Assembly: GCA_039630055.1 (NCBI GenBank)
Contig: JBCNVN010000031.1
Location: 1-13,119, forward strand
Direction of reading: 5' to 3'
Length of the DNA stretch: 13,119 nucleotides
Origin: Candidatus Caldarchaeales archaeon
GTDB taxonomy: Archaea; Thermoproteota; Nitrososphaeria_A; Caldarchaeales; Wolframiiraptoraceae
Of this stretch, positions 8,052 through 13,119 are shown one piece after another (position 1 is the first letter of the stretch; every line of letters begins with the position of its first letter). Made by a program: the position numbers and the translations under genes. Under the pieces are notes generated by a model. That model saw only the letters and a list, made by a program, of their open reading frames with translations. It had not been told where the DNA came from and searched no databases.

Positions 8052-8352
8052 CTATCGAGATTCTCTAAAGCCTTCTTGAATTGGGCCATAACGTATTTTG
8101 AATATTTTCAGCTTTGGTATAGGTCTAGATTCCCTATAATTAATCTTTTGTGATGATTGGTTGTGGAGGGCTTCTCGCTTCCTCTATGAATTGTTCAAGC
8201 TTTTCAGGTTTTGATTGTTAGAATAGTTTAACTCTTCCATCTTGGATGTTTCTCAAATGTCCAGCGATGCTTAGGAGGCGTCTTCTATAGCCGACCCTCT
8301 GGATTCTTCCTCTAACCGGGAACCCAAAGACTTTAATCTCTTCTCTCACCAA
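8052..8352 (-). pseudogene. acyP: Acylphosphatase pseudogene
   Basis: Manual translation gives VRGRIQRVGYRRRLLSIAGHLRNIQDGRVKLF*QSKPEKLEQFIEEARSPPQP, then after a frameshift near 8140 FKIRYGPIQEGF. It matches GxVQxVGxR and GxVxNxxDGxV, with an internal stop at 8218-8220 and an apparent short deletion. Confidence 0.8.
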
Positions 8353-8463
8353 AAGTTCTTATAGATTCTCCAGGTTACCCGATTACATCATTTTTAATAG
8401 TTCATCTATTAACGATAGAAGTTTTATGTTATTTTATATCGTATTCTGGGTTTCCAGTCTGGA

Positions 8464-8479
8464 TTATAAATCTTATATA
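8464..8479 (+). promoter_or_regulatory. TATA box for the platform-protein gene
   Basis: TTATAAAT-CTTATATA ends 20-23 nt before the tandem ATGs at 8500 and 8503. Confidence 0.5.
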
Positions 8480-8499
8480 CTGGGAGAAGGTTTGATAGA

Positions 8500-10278
8500 A
8501 TGATGGGCTTTCTCGATAGTTTTAGTGGGTTCTCATATTCAAACTTTAGAGGTTTAGGTTTGTACATTCTAAAACTATTTCCAAATATCTCTGCTAAGCT
8601 GGAGAGCTCTGGAAAAAGGATTCATCCTGAAGCATATGCTTCTATAGTGGCTGGAGTAACCGTCATCAGTCTAATATTTGCATCTATCTTATCGTTACTT
8701 CTCTTTCTATTCACATCTAACATACTAGTTTCCTTGATACTATTTATTATTCCAGGATTAGCTTTTATGATAGGCGTTCTCTATCCCTATGGTGAAGCTT
8801 CCTCAGTAGCCTCAGTTCTTGAGAGCGAGATACCGTATGCCGCAACCTACCTAGCAGTCATGGCCACAGGAGGCATCGCTCCATACACTAGCTTAAGCCG
8901 TATCTCTAAAGGTGAGCTTATGCCTAATATTGCTCGGGCGGCGAAGAATGCAGAGATAAGGGTTAAGATCGGTGGGGTGGACCCCGTATCTGCAATGGAG
9001 GATATGGCTAAGGGTGTTCCCTCAAAAGAATATAGAGACCTGATTATGGGTTATGCTTCAACATTGAGGAGCGGTGGAGATGTTGTACACTTTCTGATAA
9101 GGAAGACTGAGCAGATATTTGATTCTAGGATGGGGAAGATGAGGATAATAGGGGAGAGGATGGGGATGTTGATGGAAGCTTATGCTGCTATAACTATGAT
9201 GCTCTCTCTGATCATATACATTATCTATATTGTTTCTAGGGCTATGCCGAGCGAGTATCTCGTTTTACCTTCCGAGCAGTTCGTCATTCTAGCATACTTT
9301 ATCATGCCATTACTAGCTCTAATATTTCTCTATCTAGCAGATATTACTCAGCCTAAATACCCGATGACGGATGTTAGACCATACAGGATATTCTATATGA
9401 CGGTTCCATTCTCTTTTATATTCTTGATGTTATTCGTTGCACCATTCTTCCTAGATGTTTTAAGATTTACCCCACCATTCAATCTTACAAGTTCCCTCAT
9501 AGTCGAGCTTAGGAGTAGGATGGGTCTAGTTCAAGGATACGAGTCTTCAATCGCTCTAAGCATATTCTTCATGATATTGTTTGCTCCAGGGATGGTCTTC
9601 TATGAGAGATATGGTAAAGAGAGCATGAGCATCCTTCACGGGATGACCCTCTTCTTGAGAGACCTCACAGAAGCTAGGAAGACAGGTATGAGCCCTGAAA
9701 AATGTATCATCACTCTCAAGGATAGGCCTTACGCTGGATTCAGCAAGCATCTTAAGATTATTGCTAAGCAGATCGGTTGGGGAGAGTCTCTAAGAAAGGT
9801 TTACCAAGATTTCACAAAACGTGTCCATGGATGGATGAGTAGGGCAAGCCTATACATATTGATAGATGCTATAGATGTTGGAGGAGGAGCTCCAGAAACA
9901 TTTGATGTCTTATCTACATTTATGGAGAATCTTGAAGAGGTTGAGAGGCAGAAGAGGTCCACCCTACTACCACTGATGATAATCCCCTATATGGCCGCTA
10001 TAATGCTAGTAGTAGTCGTAGTAATACTGGTGAGCTTCATGCGTAACTTACTCCAGATCGCCAGGATCTACATCTCTCTCGCAGAGTTCATCCACTTCTT
10101 CCTTCCACCAGTAATCCTCATAGCTGTTATAAGTGGGCTCGTAGCAGGAAAAGTCTCCTCTGGGGCTATAGCTGCAGGGTTCAAGCATGCATTCATATTA
10201 TCGATCGTATCACTTATAGCTGTATGGTTATCTGGGACAATCTCGATACAGATATTCTTAACACCTATGATGACATAG
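8500..10278 (+). CDS. Type IV pilus membrane platform protein (TadC/GspF/FlaJ/AapF-like, two T2SSF domains)
   Basis: Domain 1: ESEIPYAATYLAVMATGG..GVDPVSAM..PSKEYRDLIMGYASTLRSGGD. Domain 2: FLRDLTEARKTGMSP..IGWG..DAIDVGGG. Multiple TM helices. Confidence 0.94.
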   Translation: MMGFLDSFSGFSYSNFRGLGLYILKLFPNISAKLESSGKRIHPEAYASIVAGVTVISLIFASILSLLLFLFTSNILVSLILFIIPGLAFMIGVLYPYGEASSVASVLESEIPYAATYLAVMATGGIAPYTSLSRISKGELMPNIARAAKNAEIRVKIGGVDPVSAMEDMAKGVPSKEYRDLIMGYASTLRSGGDVVHFLIRKTEQIFDSRMGKMRIIGERMGMLMEAYAAITMMLSLIIYIIYIVSRAMPSEYLVLPSEQFVILAYFIMPLLALIFLYLADITQPKYPMTDVRPYRIFYMTVPFSFIFLMLFVAPFFLDVLRFTPPFNLTSSLIVELRSRMGLVQGYESSIALSIFFMILFAPGMVFYERYGKESMSILHGMTLFLRDLTEARKTGMSPEKCIITLKDRPYAGFSKHLKIIAKQIGWGESLRKVYQDFTKRVHGWMSRASLYILIDAIDVGGGAPETFDVLSTFMENLEEVERQKRSTLLPLMIIPYMAAIMLVVVVVILVSFMRNLLQIARIYISLAEFIHFFLPPVILIAVISGLVAGKVSSGAIAAGFKHAFILSIVSLIAVWLSGTISIQIFLTPMMT

Positions 10279-10450
10279 TGGTGAGGCTAGATCTTTCCAA
10301 CAATGTATTCGTATAAATGATCACTTACGACTTCTAAATTCTTAAAACATACTCTAAACTTTTGTGTATATCTCAGTTCCATGATTTCTAGCTACTTATA
10401 ATGCTCTATCTTCAATATATAGTATTACTATGATGATTTAAGATGGCTTT

Positions 10451-10495
10451 TCTATCTTTCTGTAGAAGGTCGAGGATCTCTCCTTTTAAACTTAA
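10451..10495 (-). pseudogene. Possible short N-terminal remnant of a DUF3782/PaRep-like gene
   Basis: LSLKGEILDLLQKDR resembles the start of the remnant at 11605 (KLKQEFIELLEK). It is very short. Confidence 0.2.
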
Positions 10496-10681
10496 AGGTC
10501 TTTCTTATTATCAGCTTGCCATCTATTTAATTAAAGTTTTACCATGATTGGTCCTAAGACTTGAAGATACATTTCTATAGATCTAAGATGTTAAGAGGGT
10601 CGAGCATGGCCAGAGAAAGCTTCCTAGAAGCTAATAAGATTAGAGCTTATCTTAACAATATCTATACGGGTAAACCTTTCT

Positions 10682-10696
10682 CAAAACATTTATAAG
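10682..10696 (+). promoter_or_regulatory. BRE/TATA for the short pilin gene
   Basis: CAAAACA-TTTATAAG ends 23 nt before GTG 10720. Confidence 0.65.
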
Positions 10697-10719
10697 AAAC
10701 ACTGAACATATAATAGACA

Positions 10720-11178
10720 GTGAGGTTTAAGGGTAAGTCTGGTATAAGCCCCGTGGTTGCAACGGTGATCCTCGTAGCTGTATCGATAGTTTTAGCGATC
10801 GCAGTAGCATTCTGGGCATCAGGACTAGTAGGAATATTTACAAGATTCGAGAAATTAGAGATAGTCTCAGCCGTAATGATAAACGCGGATACTTTCCAAG
10901 TAATAATAAGAAACACAGGATCAGCAGATACATCAATAATACGGGTCGTTGCTCAAGGACAAGCTCATTATTTGTTCGATCCACCGCGACCTATAATGGT
11001 AGGACAAGCACTTCAATGTGATATAGTTACAAATGCAGTGCCCCCTGGGATAACTGTAGAATTATCATTCTATACTTCGGGAGGAAAGACCTATCCAACC
11101 GCTGTATTATCAACACTTGGACAGGGACAGGGACCATGGAATCCACAAATACGAGGTGTTTACTGCGACCGACGGTAG
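10720..11178 (+). CDS. Archaeal type IV pilin, probable major pilin
   Basis: MRFKGKSG|ISPVVATVILVAVSIVLAIAVAFW is a canonical archaeal class III signal. It also has FEKLEI, IRNTGS and YTSGGKTYP. It has its own promoter and a downstream T-rich tract. Confidence 0.92.
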   Translation: MRFKGKSGISPVVATVILVAVSIVLAIAVAFWASGLVGIFTRFEKLEIVSAVMINADTFQVIIRNTGSADTSIIRVVAQGQAHYLFDPPRPIMVGQALQCDIVTNAVPPGITVELSFYTSGGKTYPTAVLSTLGQGQGPWNPQIRGVYCDRR

Positions 11179-11250
11179 GGCGGAGTAGGGAATCAAACAA
11201 CTACGAGGACCTAAAGAAGAATATGATCTGTAATTAAAATTTGTCCGGCA

Positions 11251-11282
11251 TTCTTTTAATCTCCTTTTTCTATGTATTTTTT
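11251..11282 (+). terminator. Putative oligo-T archaeal terminator after the pilin gene
   Basis: TTCTTTTAATCTCCTTTTTCTATGTATTTTTT lies about 70-100 nt after the stop codon. Confidence 0.4.
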
Positions 11283-11604
11283 AACTTGATATAATTCAAA
11301 TTGGTAATCATTTATCCGTATCGGTCCATGTAGATTGTTCAAAATATAGACGAGTTTAACCGAATATTTCTATTGTAGATAAGGCTTTAAATTAAATCTT
11401 TGAAAATAGGTGGATGGAGAAACTTGCCCATGAATGTAAAAAGATGGTCTTACCGAGAAAGTGGATTAAACTATTTAGGGCTAACATGGTGCATTTTAGA
11501 GGAAAAACTTAAAAAGTGAAAAATTCTACAATTTCTCAACTATCTTTAGTCAACTTTTCAACCTTTTAAATATGATCTCTCTATTCCATCCTTTGGAGAA
11601 CAGT

Positions 11605-11813
11605 ATGGCTGAGAAGCTCAAACAAGAGTTCATAGAACTATTAGAGAAATATGTAGAATTCTGTTACATTATTGTAAGATATCTAGGATTAACAGAGATA
11701 TTGAAGAGACCTGATGAATAGAAGGGAGACAGATAGAAGTATCAGAAGTGCAGAGGAGACTCTTGAAAGAGTAGAGGAAATTGTTTAAATATTTAGAAAG
11801 GCTATGGGATGAC
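11605..11813 (+). pseudogene. N-terminal remnant of DUF3782/PaRep-type coiled-coil (PD-(D/E)XK-associated) protein
   Basis: MAEKLKQEFIELLEKYVEFCYIIVRYLGLTEILKRPDE* resembles the family start LKxEFLxLLEKDxEFRYAVAGYLGLxEILKRLD. Broken heptads follow (EVQRRLLKE*RKLFKYLERLWDD). A TTTTAAATA box lies upstream. Confidence 0.6.
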
Positions 11814-11816
11814 ACA

Positions 11817-12069
11817 ATAAACTCTGGCAAGATTGTTAGAAGCTATAACTTCTTAGAGATTGGAGAAATCATAGAGAATGAGCTAGGAATCAAGATAGAT
11901 CCAATCCTGAAAGACCTAAGAGAATTGACGATCCATTTACACCATACCAAGATGGCCAAATGCTATCAACGCTTCACCCTCAGAACTACATGATTAGGCC
12001 ATGTCTAGAGAACTTGTAGGAAGAGCTGAGAGAGGGGTAAGATGGATAAAGCAGTATTTACGTAGATAG
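11817..12069 (+). pseudogene. HEPN-domain protein pseudogene (5'-truncated)
   Basis: GKIVRSYNFLEIGEIIENELGIKIDPILKDLRELTIH, then after a frameshift YTIPRWPNAINASPSELHD*AMSRELVGRAERGVRWIKQYLRR. This matches the HEPN pattern HnL..LtxHYxxxRYPNA..PxExY..A..AE..W. Confidence 0.7.
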
Positions 12070-12286
12070 TCAAGAAGAAACATGTAGAAGAATAAGAGGA
12101 TTCTCAGCGAATGCTTACAGCTCTGTATAAAGAGACCTAAAGATTGTGAAAGCATGTCTTCTAAGCCTAAGAGCTAGGAGCAGCTAAGTGGAAGATGGCG
12201 ATATAGACTTGATACTCATCGTTGGAGGAGAAGATCTAAACCAGTTGAGGAAAGAGGAAATAGAGATAACTGCAAACCAAACATGA
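12042..12286 (+). pseudogene. Minimal nucleotidyltransferase (MNT) pseudogene
   Basis: LKIVKACLLSLRARSS*VEDGDIDLILIVG is a decayed hhLFGSxARGxxxxxSDhDhhhh motif. ATG 12042 overlaps the end of the HEPN remnant. Several stops are present. Confidence 0.7.
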
Positions 12287-12436
12287 TCTTATGCTATTCA
12301 CTCTCTATACTCTAAGCTTGCTTTTTTACCAAGCAAACTTCTAAATTTATTTAGTATGCTTGGTCACAGTAGATCTCCTATAAGATAGACGACCTACATG
12401 AATTATGATCTATGATATAGTGGGATCTCCAAGATT

Positions 12437-13119
12437 CTAAGATTTTTTGTACGGTCTTACTTCTTCAATAATCTTTTCTTCAAGTATCAATGGTAGACCA
12501 TGTAGTGGAAGCTGCTCGATAAAGGGTTTAGGATTAAGTTGTTCAGGGAAGAGTAAGCCTCTCTCTTTTATCTCATCTCTAATTAATAGTGATACGCCTA
12601 TGGCAGCAGGTAGACCAACTAGATATGATGTACCGTTTACTCCATACCTTGCATAGGCTTCAGTATGAGAGATATAGGTAAATATCTTCTTCGAGATGGA
12701 TTTTCCATCCTTCTTCCCAGTAACCTCAACCTCTATCCCAGCATACCCCGATACATCTACTAGATCTATTGGTTGAGGTAGAACTTCTACGACTAGATCA
12801 AATGGAGAGACTTCTACACCTCTAACATTAACCTTCTCCCTAGACAGTAGCTTCATCTTCCATAAAGCTTTTATAACATCAGCAGAGACTCCATCATAAT
12901 TATACCAGAAAGTGATCTTTCTAGCTTTCTTCGGTAAGAAGGTTGAGAGGGTCCAGACCTCTGGATGCTCTTTTAGATATATCTTCTTGAGACCTACAGG
13001 TTCAGAGAATAAATAATTCTTATAGATGCTTAATGGTTCAGCCTTCTTGAATTCTCCATCTTCATAGTATACTGCAGGTGCAATACTCGATAAGAGTAGT
13101 TCTTCTCTACTCCATAGTG
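12437..13119 (-). CDS. Saccharopine dehydrogenase/carboxynorspermidine dehydrogenase-family protein, C-terminal part (partial)
   Basis: The frame is open from the right edge, well beyond the 12856 start in the track. It reads LWSREELL..PAVYYEDGEFKKAEPLS..FSEPVG..EHPEVWTL..VEVSPFD..GTSYLVGLPAAIG..GLLFPEQLNPKPF. Confidence 0.85.
   Translation of the reverse strand, partial: LWSREELLLSSIAPAVYYEDGEFKKAEPLSIYKNYLFSEPVGLKKIYLKEHPEVWTLSTFLPKKARKITFWYNYDGVSADVIKALWKMKLLSREKVNVRGVEVSPFDLVVEVLPQPIDLVDVSGYAGIEVEVTGKKDGKSISKKIFTYISHTEAYARYGVNGTSYLVGLPAAIGVSLLIRDEIKERGLLFPEQLNPKPFIEQLPLHGLPLILEEKIIEEVRPYKKS

Noticed and set aside
10288-10383. Minus-strand 31-aa ORF MELRYTQKFRVCFKNLEV.., faintly RelE-like
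   Set aside because: It is too short and lacks the downstream RelE motifs.
9556-10916. Minus-strand ORFs 9556-9750 and 10662-10916
   Set aside because: They are shadows of the tadC-like and pilin genes.
4219-11178. Interpretation as an archaellum (arl/fla) cluster
   Set aside because: No archaellin-type N-terminus and no ArlH/F/G-like genes are in the window. The pilin is of the G|ISPVVA type.
11781-11993. 70-aa ORF as a real gene
   Set aside because: It is better explained as an open stretch across fused pseudogene fragments.
12447-12656. Plus-strand 69-aa ORF
   Set aside because: It is antisense to the dehydrogenase gene.
1-13119. CRISPR arrays, tRNA/rRNA genes, IS elements, prepilin peptidase
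   Set aside because: I saw no regularly spaced repeats, structured RNA genes, transposase or peptidase motifs by eye.

Overview
AT-rich archaeal DNA, probably from a thermophilic TACK-type lineage. This is inferred from BRE/TATA promoters with leaderless starts, GGTGA-type Shine-Dalgarno (SD) sites, class III signal peptides and decayed HEPN/MNT and DUF3782-like remnants. Most of the window is a type IV pilus (Tad/Aap-like, not archaellum) locus. It has a secretion ATPase (4219-6021), a TadC/GspF-like platform protein (8500-10278), a short probable major pilin (10720-11178) and at least three larger pilin-like proteins (1-2867). Embedded between these genes is a small-GTPase switch module: an MglA/CvnD-like GTPase, two soluble Roadblock/MglB proteins and a predicted membrane-tethered Roadblock-like protein. 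A CxxC-less thioredoxin/KaiB-like protein and a probable winged-helix extension on the ATPase accompany it. Two genes appear to carry single-base frameshifts. Spacers hold pseudogene debris (acylphosphatase, DUF3782-like, HEPN-MNT, possibly ArsR). The right end is the 3' part of a saccharopine dehydrogenase-family gene. All family assignments are from reading motifs by eye; no database search was run.
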